In this document: one piece after another, positions 9,808-17,903 of the stretch
How positions within the stretch are numbered: the stretch's first letter is position 1
How the letters are laid out: each line of letters starts with the position of its first letter
NCBI GenBank assembly: GCA_963675665.1
Contig: OY776510.1
Coordinates: forward strand, 3,744,001 to 3,808,000
Length of the DNA stretch: 64,000 bases
Origin: Spirochaetia bacterium
Lineage (GTDB): Bacteria > Spirochaetota > Spirochaetia > UBA9216
Reading direction: 5' to 3'
The notes under the pieces: model-generated
The model's database searches: none
What the model saw: the letters and a program-made list of their open reading frames with translations, nothing else
What the model was told of the DNA's origin: nothing
Translations under genes and position numbers: made by a program

Positions 9808-11151
9808 TTATTTTCCGTAAATAGCACTGTTTATCAGGTTCTCATACAGTTCCTGTTTCCCGCTCAGCATGGCAGGCTCCGCGGTTTCCGCCGCAAGATC
9901 ACGCAGCTGTTCAAGACTGTAATTGCCTTTTTCAAATTCAGATCCATTGCCCGAATCGTATGATGCATAGCGCTTCTTTAGCATTGACGGAATTTTGCCT
10001 TCGTTCTTGATTTTATACGCTGCCTCAAGACCAAGTGCAAAGGCGTCCATTCCACCGATATGAGCAATAAAAAGATCTTCCGGGTCAGTAGAATTTCTTC
10101 TTCGCTTAGCATCAAAATTCAATCCGCCTTTTCCGAGTCCGCCGTTATCAAGCACAACCATCATAGCCCTGGTAGTTTCGTATACGTTAGTCGGAAATTG
10201 ATCGGTATCCCACCCATTCTGATAATCACCCTGGTTGGCGTCTATACTGCCCAGAAGCCCGGCGTCTACAGCTACCTGCAGATCATGCCAGAAGGTATGG
10301 CCTGCAAGTGTTGCATGGTTATTTTCTATATTGACGCGAAAATCCTTGTCCAGACCATTGGTTTTAATAAATGCCACAACGGTCTCAGTGTCATAATCAT
10401 ACTGGTGTTTGGTCGGTTCCATCGGCTTGGGCTCAATCATGAACTGGCCCTTAAATCCCATTTTCCGGCCGTAATCGCGGGCTGTTTCGAGCATTCTGAG
10501 AAGGTGTTCCTTTTCCCGTTTCATATTGGTGTTAAGAAGACTCATATAACCTTCGCGTCCGCCCCAAAAGACATAACCTTCACCGCCCAAATAAATAGTT
10601 GCATCAATTGCAGCCTTAATCTGAGCGGCAGCATAGGCAAGAACCTCAAAATTGGGATTGGTAAAAGCGCCGTTCATGTACCGTTCATGAGAAAAAAGAT
10701 TGGCAGTACCCCAGAGAAGATTCATCCCGGTAGCATCCTGCCTTTCCTTCGCCATTTCGACTATCGTCTGAAGATTTTTTTCCGTTTCGGCTACGTTTGC
10801 CCCTTCAGGTGCTATATCGCGATCATGAAAACAGTAATAAGGCGCATCTATTTTTGTGAAGAACTCAAAAGCTGCATCTACCTTGTCTTTTGCCTTATCC
10901 ATAGGATCCGACTTTTCATTCCAGGGGTAAAAGTGGGTTGTACCGCCGAAAGGATCTGTTCCGTCTCCGCAGAATGAATGCCAGTAGGCAATCGCAAACC
11001 TTAAATGTTCCTTCATTGTTTTTCCGCCGATCATTTTGTCGGGATCATAAAACTTGAATGCAAGCGGATTATCAGACTGCGAACCTTCAAACCTGACCTT
11101 GCCTATCCCGGGAAAATACTCCCTGTTACCAATAAAAAAATCTTTTGCCAT
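9808..11151 (-). CDS. xylA: Xylose isomerase (class II)
   Basis: [45 protein letters not shown] and GGLNFDAK motifs. Confidence 0.97.
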   Translation of the reverse strand: MAKDFFIGNREYFPGIGKVRFEGSQSDNPLAFKFYDPDKMIGGKTMKEHLRFAIAYWHSFCGDGTDPFGGTTHFYPWNEKSDPMDKAKDKVDAAFEFFTKIDAPYYCFHDRDIAPEGANVAETEKNLQTIVEMAKERQDATGMNLLWGTANLFSHERYMNGAFTNPNFEVLAYAAAQIKAAIDATIYLGGEGYVFWGGREGYMSLLNTNMKREKEHLLRMLETARDYGRKMGFKGQFMIEPKPMEPTKHQYDYDTETVVAFIKTNGLDKDFRVNIENNHATLAGHTFWHDLQVAVDAGLLGSIDANQGDYQNGWDTDQFPTNVYETTRAMMVVLDNGGLGKGGLNFDAKRRRNSTDPEDLFIAHIGGMDAFALGLEAAYKIKNEGKIPSMLKKRYASYDSGNGSEFEKGNYSLEQLRDLAAETAEPAMLSGKQELYENLINSAIYGK

Positions 11152-11157
11152 ATTAAT

Positions 11158-11253
11158 CTCCTATTTTTTCCGCCATGGATGGCGGTATGTATTTGAGTAA
11201 GTTTGCTTAAGCAAACTTCAGATTTAAAAATTACATGGAAGTAATTTTTAAAT
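11158..11253 (-). repeat. Three-hairpin intergenic element (diverged relative of 20695-20802)
   Basis: Minus strand: ATTTAAAAATTAC-TTCCAT-GTAATTTTTAAAT, then AAGTTTGCTTAAGCAAACTT, then CCGCCAT-CC-ATGGCGG, then ATAGGAG (xylA SD). Same order, loops and spacing as 20695-20802. Confidence 0.75.
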
Positions 11254-12741
11254 AAACTTTGGTTTTAGCAGTTCAAGATACTGCTTGTACTCGTCATATA
11301 CTTGTTCGTATTCCTTAACCGAGGATGGATCAGGAAAAACGGTTTCTTCCTCTCTCAGCCTTATATGCTTATCCGTAATGTCCGACAGTTCCGAATGACT
11401 CTCCTCGGAATTCTTCAAAGCCCATAATGCCTGAAGCGCGGCGCCCAGCGCGGCAGCCTCTTCTTCAACAAGGGTAACAACCTTTGCGTTTAATGCATCC
11501 GCCGTGATTTTCCGCCACAGCGCGCTTTTTGCTCCGCCGCCGATAAGTCGAACCTCATTTGTTTTCACTCCAAGAGCTGCAAGCGACTCAAATCCAAGCT
11601 TCAAACCGAAAACAGCAGACTCCATTGAAGCGCGCATGATATTGGCTTCGGTCACATTATTCATGTTCATACCGGCAATTACGGCACGTCCGTTCGGAAG
11701 GCTGGGAGTCCTCTCGCCGCTGAAATACGGAAGCATAATTATTCCGCCTGCGCCGGGACCCGCAGATTCGGCTTTGGCATTGAGTTCGTCAAGCGGCATC
11801 TCAAACAGCGCCCGCATCTGCTCGGTCGCCACGGTACAGTTCATTGTACAAAGAAGCGGCAGCCAGCCGCCTGTGGATGAACAGAAAGCCGCAAGGTTTC
11901 CTTCCGGATCAATCAACGGATTGTCTCCGTATACATAGATTGTGCCTGATGTTCCGAGGCTCATCGTCAAAACGCCTTCCTGAACAGCACCTGTTCCCAC
12001 CGCACCCATCATGTTATCGCCGCCGCCGGTTGAAACGGGGATGCCTTCAGGTATCCCGAAATACGACGCTGCTTTTTGCGTAACGAAACCTGCCAGATCA
12101 TCAGCGTCCTTCAGTTCAGGAAGGCATGACAGCAAATCCCTGTCGGGATCAATTGCCCTTAGCACGTCTTTTGACCAGCAACGTTTTCGAACATCCAGAA
12201 AAGCCGTTCCCGAGGCATCGCCGTATTCAGCCGTATATTCGCCGGTCAGAATAAAGTTCATATAGTCATGCGGAAGCATGATATGAGCAAGCCTGGCATA
12301 AAGTTCAGGTTTGTTCTTTTTAAGCCAGAGCACTTTCGGCGCCGTGTATCCCGGCAGTACTTTGTTACCGGCTTTCTCAATAAGTTCAGCCTCGCCGCCG
12401 AACCGTTCCGTTATTTCCCTGCATTCCGCCGCCGTTGAAACATCATTCCACAGCTTGGCATTGTAAAGAGGTTTTCCGTCGGAGTCCGCCGGCACAAAAC
12501 CATGCTGCTGCCCGGAAACCCCGACAGCCCTTATCGTCTTTCTGATGCCTGGTTCAATTGAATCCGAACATATCTTTGCGGCTTCTATCCACCATTCAGC
12601 TTTCTGCTCGCTTGTTCCGTCAGCTTTTGTAATGATATCAAGCTTCTGCTGGGCCGTAGCTACTGTTTTCTTCGATTCGTAATCATAAACAAGGAACTTG
12701 ATGCTTTGAGTTCCCATATCGATTCCAAGAACCGTATTCAT
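11248..12741 (-). CDS. xylB: Xylulokinase (FGGY family)
   Basis: LGIDMGT, SGQQHG, GGGDN, SLGTSG, PYFSGERTP and GGGAKS motifs; adjacent to xylA. Start set at MNTVLG, after a GGGGG SD. Confidence 0.92.
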   Translation of the reverse strand: MNTVLGIDMGTQSIKFLVYDYESKKTVATAQQKLDIITKADGTSEQKAEWWIEAAKICSDSIEPGIRKTIRAVGVSGQQHGFVPADSDGKPLYNAKLWNDVSTAAECREITERFGGEAELIEKAGNKVLPGYTAPKVLWLKKNKPELYARLAHIMLPHDYMNFILTGEYTAEYGDASGTAFLDVRKRCWSKDVLRAIDPDRDLLSCLPELKDADDLAGFVTQKAASYFGIPEGIPVSTGGGDNMMGAVGTGAVQEGVLTMSLGTSGTIYVYGDNPLIDPEGNLAAFCSSTGGWLPLLCTMNCTVATEQMRALFEMPLDELNAKAESAGPGAGGIIMLPYFSGERTPSLPNGRAVIAGMNMNNVTEANIMRASMESAVFGLKLGFESLAALGVKTNEVRLIGGGAKSALWRKITADALNAKVVTLVEEEAAALGAALQALWALKNSEESHSELSDITDKHIRLREEETVFPDPSSVKEYEQVYDEYKQYLELLKPKFI

Positions 12742-12856
12742 ATTTCCCCCTTTGCGTAATTCCACTTTAATACCGGATCCGGACTTTTAATATGGAAAAG
12801 ATTGCCATTACATATATATAATTGACATTGATTTTAACAAATGGTAGCTTTTTAAC

Positions 12857-13675
12857 ATGCAGATCAGCATAAGCGATGCAGTTTTCGTATACCTTCTTCA
12901 GGATGACGATCAGATAAGGTGGCACAGCCGGACTCACACTCACAGAGACGATGAATATGAGATTCATTACTTTTTACAGGGAGCAGGATCATTTCAGAAT
13001 GCCGGCGTGACAAGGAAGCTTACGCCCGGTTCCCTTTTTTTAAGCGCTCCCGGCGAAATCCACACGGTAATGCCCGCCTCCAAAACACATCCGATAACCT
13101 ACTACGCCATTCTTTTCAGGGTCACGGAAAATGATTCGGAATTCATTAAACTTCTTGAACAGCTTGATATCCATCGAAAACACAGCAATGTCGGAACCAA
13201 TTACCGTTTCTTTTTTGAGGAGCTGAAAGACAAATTTCTGTCCCACAACAGAGCCAGGGTAAACTCGGGCATTCATCAGTTTATTTCTTTTTTGTATATG
13301 CTCAGCGACGACAGCTGGAATTTTCATTATTCGGACGGAAGCAACACCCATATTGAGCGTTCACTGAGGATAATGCAGAATAATGTGTTCGATAAACTCA
13401 CCCTGGAGGAACTTTCCGACAAGCTCAAGCTGAACAAGTCGTATTTTATCAGGCTGTTCAGTAAAAAGATGAACACAACGCCTATGAAATATTTCACAAA
13501 ACTAAAGATTGAAGCAGCGTCGTCAATGCTTATAAGTACGCCGCTGCCCATATATGAGATATCAGAAAAGCTGTGTTTTTACAGCGAATTTCATTTCAGT
13601 AAATGTTTCAAACATTACAAGGGAATTCCGCCCAGTGAATACAGGGCCAATTACAGCGCGACTCAGATAGGATAA
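12857..13675 (+). CDS. AraC-family regulator with cupin sensor, probable xylose regulator
   Basis: HTH..YEIHYF cupin domain plus C-terminal AraC HTH; divergent from xylBA. Confidence 0.85.
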   Translation: MQISISDAVFVYLLQDDDQIRWHSRTHTHRDDEYEIHYFLQGAGSFQNAGVTRKLTPGSLFLSAPGEIHTVMPASKTHPITYYAILFRVTENDSEFIKLLEQLDIHRKHSNVGTNYRFFFEELKDKFLSHNRARVNSGIHQFISFLYMLSDDSWNFHYSDGSNTHIERSLRIMQNNVFDKLTLEELSDKLKLNKSYFIRLFSKKMNTTPMKYFTKLKIEAASSMLISTPLPIYEISEKLCFYSEFHFSKCFKHYKGIPPSEYRANYSATQIG

Positions 13676-13681
13676 TCCGTT

Positions 13682-14104
13682 TCACTCACACGGAATAACC
13701 AGCACCGGAATATTGAGCTGATTTATTATTCGTCTTTCCTTTGTGTTTTCTGAAAGCCTCTGAAGAATTGAATGTTTGTGATGTCCGACAACAAGCATGT
13801 CCGGTTTCCATTCTTTTACAACGGTTTTTATTTCCTCTACCGGATCACCGACCTGTTCGAAATCTACAAAACCCGCATCAGGAAACTTTTTTTTCACATC
13901 CTCTACAGTTTTTTCCGCCCTCATCCTGTCGATATCTTCAAGATCAGACGGATATATTCCCGCTTCGATATAACCAATGGACAATCGGGCAACATCAATC
14001 AGGCCAACCTCAGCATTCAGCTGTTCTGCAACCTCCAGAGCCCTGCTGACCAGGCAAGTATCCGGAAGTTGATCATCGATTGCTATAAGAATTTTCCTTA
14101 TCAT
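13682..14104 (-). CDS. Universal stress protein
   Basis: KILIAID...GDPVEEI...DMLVVG...IPVLVIP; AGGAGG SD. Confidence 0.85.
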   Translation of the reverse strand: MIRKILIAIDDQLPDTCLVSRALEVAEQLNAEVGLIDVARLSIGYIEAGIYPSDLEDIDRMRAEKTVEDVKKKFPDAGFVDFEQVGDPVEEIKTVVKEWKPDMLVVGHHKHSILQRLSENTKERRIINQLNIPVLVIPCE

Positions 14105-14352
14105 AACGCACCTCCTGTACGTTAATGCCTTTAACGTACCGCAACACTGCTGTAATACTGTGTTACGTTACTTGTTAATAGTATATTATGAATTCTGTTG
14201 AAAACAAAGCCTGCGTCAGGATAAATTAATCAGAGACACCGCATAAACTGATTAGACAGATAATTACTCCAAACAATAATTATAGATCTCTTAATGCTTG
14301 ATGCAGATGCTGTTTTTATGTATTATCATCGACAGTTGAAATAAATCAGCGA

Positions 14353-14424
14353 GCCAGAATAGCTCAGCGGTAGAGCAGCTCACTCGTAATGAGCAGGTCT
14401 GGGGTTCAATTCCCCATTCTGGCT
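14353..14424 (+). tRNA. tRNA-Thr(CGT)
   Basis: Cloverleaf: acceptor GCCAGAA/TTCTGGC, D arm GCTC/GAGC, anticodon arm GCTCA-CTCGTAA-TGAGC, T arm TGGGG-TTCAATT-CCCCA; CCA not encoded. Confidence 0.95.
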
Positions 14425-14907
14425 TTTTCCAAAGCCCGCCTTGTTATTGATAACCAAATTTTATTCTTTTTCGTAATGACGCAGGTAGAGCAATTTACAG
14501 CGGAGCCGGCACGGCGCAGATGGAAATTGCTCCGGGTTCCAATTCCCCATTCTGGCTTGATGGGCAGACGGTTTTTATATCCCTGGTTCGTGCTCACTCG
14601 TAATGACGCAGGTAGAGCAATTTACAGCGGAGCCGGCACGGCGCAGGTGGAAATTGCTCCGGGTTCCAATTCCCCATTCTGGCTTGATGGGCAGACGGTT
14701 TTTATATCCCTGGTTCGTGCTCACTCGTAATGACGCAGGTAGAGCAATTTACAGCGGAGCCGGCACGGCGCAGGTGGAAATTGCTCCGGGTTCCAATTCC
14801 CCATTCTGGCTTTTTCCAAAGCCCGCCTTGTTATTGATAACCAAATTTTATTCTTTCTCGTAATGACGCAGGTAGAGCAATTTGCAGCGGAGCCGGCACG
14901 GCGCAGA
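14425..14907 (+). repeat. Array of tRNA-Thr 3'-half-derived repeats carrying a hairpin insert
   Basis: Units at 14471-14557, 14592-14684, 14719-14811 and a partial unit at 14858-14907, separated by two linker types in the order A,B,B,A; 127-bp period across the B linkers. Confidence 0.9.
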
Positions 14908-15795
14908 TTATTGTCTCAAATCGGATACAAGATCCCCAAGCAGATCGGCTGTAACAGCCCCGTTTCTTACTGAATGGATTTTCCCGGTCAGGTTGATTAT
15001 GAATGTGGTCGGAACTGTTGAGATCCTGTAGGCTTCTGCAACTGTACCTGCTGAATCGAACAGAACGGGAAAATTCAGCCGGTTCTCCTCAAGATATCTC
15101 TTTATGTTTTCCGGATCAGATTCAGTTGAATACAAATTAACGGACAGAAAGACAACTTCCTCTTCATTGATCCCGGCAGCAAACTCAACAAGTTCAGGCA
15201 TTTCGGCACGGCAGGGAGGACACCAGCTTGCCCAGAAATTCAGCACTACTGTTTGCCCTCTGTAATTCGAAAGCCGGAAAATTTTTCCATTCTCATCTTG
15301 AAGGCTGAAATCAGGGGCTGCATCTCCTTCGACAACTGAGATTGGTGCATTCCAGGCCGTTTTTTTATTAATAAAAAACATGCCGCTCCCGAGCAAAATA
15401 AAAAGTACAGCAAAAACCGTAATATTCAAAACAAGGGCTTTCACGGCCTCTTTACGGCCTTTCTTTTGCCGTAAAAGGGCTGCCGAGGCATATACTGCAG
15501 CAACGCCTGAAGCCGCAAAAAGACCTGTCTTTCCGCCGGGCAGGTAAAGAATCGCGGCAGGATTGCTTAATACCGTTGAAAATTGAAATATAAGCGGAGA
15601 CAACTTCCATACTGCTATAACGATGAAAAATATATTAAACAGAATTTTATCGGCACGCCCGAGAAGTTCTTTCCTGTCTTTATACAGGAACCTGATAACA
15701 ATAGAATACATAACCAGGCAGAGAAAAAATACGATCACCCCTGCCGGGATATTAAGGGGACCTATTGAAATTGTCTGTCCGAGCGAATTTAACAT
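14908..15795 (-). CDS. Membrane-anchored TlpA-family thiol:disulfide reductase
   Basis: Four N-terminal TM helices; APDFSL and NFWASWCPPCRAEMP (CxxC) motifs. Confidence 0.85.
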   Translation of the reverse strand: MLNSLGQTISIGPLNIPAGVIVFFLCLVMYSIVIRFLYKDRKELLGRADKILFNIFFIVIAVWKLSPLIFQFSTVLSNPAAILYLPGGKTGLFAASGVAAVYASAALLRQKKGRKEAVKALVLNITVFAVLFILLGSGMFFINKKTAWNAPISVVEGDAAPDFSLQDENGKIFRLSNYRGQTVVLNFWASWCPPCRAEMPELVEFAAGINEEEVVFLSVNLYSTESDPENIKRYLEENRLNFPVLFDSAGTVAEAYRISTVPTTFIINLTGKIHSVRNGAVTADLLGDLVSDLRQ

Positions 15796-15853
15796 TCCGC
15801 GACACCTCTACTGAAAGCTTGAAGAAATCTTAAAAGCATAGCATATTTTACTC

Positions 15854-17164
15854 ATGGATCCGAGTTCTGAAAACCTTAAAAAACAGGCGCTGACAGTTAC
15901 CCTGGTCAAAATCACGTCTTTTGCCCGAACCTGTTTTCTCCATTATTTCCTCGACGGGGAACACTACAATGCAATCCTAAAAAATCCGGATGTATTAAGC
16001 GGAAACATAATCACCGGGACCGAACTGAAGATCAACCTTTATACTTCAGATACTGATGCATTTCCGGAGGCTGAGCTGTTACTCAGTGATAATGATTTTA
16101 TTCCTGAAGATTTCATCGCAGTCCATAAAAAACAGCTGCCTGCATATTCAACATTTTTCGGCCTGATTTCAAAACCGGAGAATGGGCGCGGCCGGTATTA
16201 TATGCTGCGTGACCATAATGCCGATGGTTTGCTGCTGTGCACGGGCACCTATGAAATTAAAAACGGAAAAGGCTGCTGCAGCGTATTCGACGGGCAGTGG
16301 CCGCTCAGATACAATATAATTGAGAACTACTATTACGGAATTGACAGGCCTGAAAGCGAAATTGAATACTGGAAACATCCCCGGATAAAACTCAGAAAAA
16401 TCGACGACAACCTTATATTCAAAAACCTTAAAAAGTCTTACAGGGACTACGCCGCAGGCTGGCACAGATACAATTTCTTTTTCTCCGACGACTGGTCGCT
16501 TCAATTTTACCGAAAACAGGCAATCCTTGGTTTCATATCCATAACCCATACTGAAAACGGAAAAAACCGCCTGACTCCGCAGCTTCAGCGCGAATATGCA
16601 GTGCTTGACTGGAAAAATCTTGTTATCGATAAAGGCGTCGGTAAAATCATCGGCAGCGGGCGCATTGAAAAAGAAAATATCAGCCTTCATATAGACGCCG
16701 ACCCGGCAACAGCGCTTGAACAGCTTAGAAAAGCGTGGCCGGAAACCTGGATTACCGACAGGTATGCGGAACTTGTCATAAAACTCGCTGCCGAATGCAT
16801 CAGGAAAAAAGATAAACGATTCAGAATGTGGGGAGTAACGCTCACCGCCGGAAGCGATAAAAACATCATTGCAGGCGAACTCGGTTACTCGATAGGAAAA
16901 ACCTACACGAGCCTTTCTGGATTTTTTCACCGCGGTGAAAAACAATACAACAACTTCGGGAAACTTCAGATGGTTATGCTCGCGGATGTTCTGCGTAAAG
17001 CCGGTATTAAATTCTGGAACCTCGGCCAGCCTTACATGGAATATAAAATCAAGCTTGGCGCTGAAGTAGTCCCCCGGGGTCTTTTTCTGAAACGATGGGA
17101 CAAGGCCGTCAGAGGCAGAACACCCGAGCTGGGAAAATACTGCCGAGGCAAACCCGCAGTATGA
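15854..17164 (+). CDS. Leu/Phe-tRNA-protein transferase (Aat)-like protein with long N-terminal extension
   Basis: C-terminal IAGELGYSIGKTYTSLSGF...GKLQM...FWNLGQPYMEYKIKLGA resembles Aat-like GNAT folds. Confidence 0.65.
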   Translation: MDPSSENLKKQALTVTLVKITSFARTCFLHYFLDGEHYNAILKNPDVLSGNIITGTELKINLYTSDTDAFPEAELLLSDNDFIPEDFIAVHKKQLPAYSTFFGLISKPENGRGRYYMLRDHNADGLLLCTGTYEIKNGKGCCSVFDGQWPLRYNIIENYYYGIDRPESEIEYWKHPRIKLRKIDDNLIFKNLKKSYRDYAAGWHRYNFFFSDDWSLQFYRKQAILGFISITHTENGKNRLTPQLQREYAVLDWKNLVIDKGVGKIIGSGRIEKENISLHIDADPATALEQLRKAWPETWITDRYAELVIKLAAECIRKKDKRFRMWGVTLTAGSDKNIIAGELGYSIGKTYTSLSGFFHRGEKQYNNFGKLQMVMLADVLRKAGIKFWNLGQPYMEYKIKLGAEVVPRGLFLKRWDKAVRGRTPELGKYCRGKPAV

Positions 17165-17791
17165 TTACTGTTTTTCTGCGGCAATATAATAATTCGGGGG
17201 AGACTCAAAAAGATTCTTTTCCAGAATAATTTTAAAACCGGCATTCTCAACAGATTCAAGCAGATCTGAAGTACTTAACGGGTTAAGATAGGGAAAAACC
17301 CCCAGCCTGCTTAAAAATACCTCAATTGCGGTTTTTAAAGTCGCTTTTTCACCGATACAGTCGGTAACTGACAGAAAGACTCCTCCCGGTTTTAAAAGGT
17401 CGTGGATTCTGCCCAGCAGACCGTCAAGATCCCTGATAAAATAAAGCACGTTAAATGCGGTAACGGCATCGAATGAGCATTCGGAAAATTTCCCTGAAAA
17501 AATGTCGTCGGTGCTGAATTCAACATTCTTGATACCTTTTTCATTCGCTTTGGTCTTTGCGATTGATATCATGCCGCCCGACAGATCAATAGCCTTAATT
17601 TCAGAAACATGTCCTGCAAGCTCTACCGTAGTTATTCCTGTTCCGCAGGCATAATCCAGAACAAGGTCGTCGCTGCCGAGATATTCCTTTGAAAGTTCAA
17701 TAGTGTTTTTATATGCTTCTGCATAAACTGAATTAACCGAATTGTCATAACCTGATGCAATTCTGTCCCAGAATTTTGTTAACTTTTTCAT
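17165..17791 (-). CDS. Class I SAM-dependent methyltransferase
   Basis: VLDYACGTG, AIDLS, FDAV and LLKPGG motifs. Confidence 0.88.
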   Translation of the reverse strand: MKKLTKFWDRIASGYDNSVNSVYAEAYKNTIELSKEYLGSDDLVLDYACGTGITTVELAGHVSEIKAIDLSGGMISIAKTKANEKGIKNVEFSTDDIFSGKFSECSFDAVTAFNVLYFIRDLDGLLGRIHDLLKPGGVFLSVTDCIGEKATLKTAIEVFLSRLGVFPYLNPLSTSDLLESVENAGFKIILEKNLFESPPNYYIAAEKQ

Positions 17792-17903
17792 GGATCTCCT
17801 GTTTCTTTATAATTCCTTTTTTTACAGGATATTACAAGAGGTATAAATTATGGAAAAAAAGTTGAAATGTTGATATACTAACCGCATAAAGGGAATTTTA
17901 TTT

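Noticed and set aside
10060-10977. 305-aa ORF antisense to xylA
   Set aside because: Shadow frame of a highly conserved gene, with no motifs.
14389-14863. ORFs 14389-14730, 14406-14597 and 14603-14863
   Set aside because: They overlap the tRNA and repeat array, and their repeated peptides just reflect the DNA repeat.
14425-14907. CRISPR array
   Set aside because: Units are ~87-93 bp and tRNA-derived, the linkers repeat (A,B,B,A) rather than being unique, and no cas genes are present.
16169-16945. 258-aa antisense ORF (likewise 35470-36174 and 59567-60082)
   Set aside because: They lie opposite well-supported genes and have no recognisable motifs.
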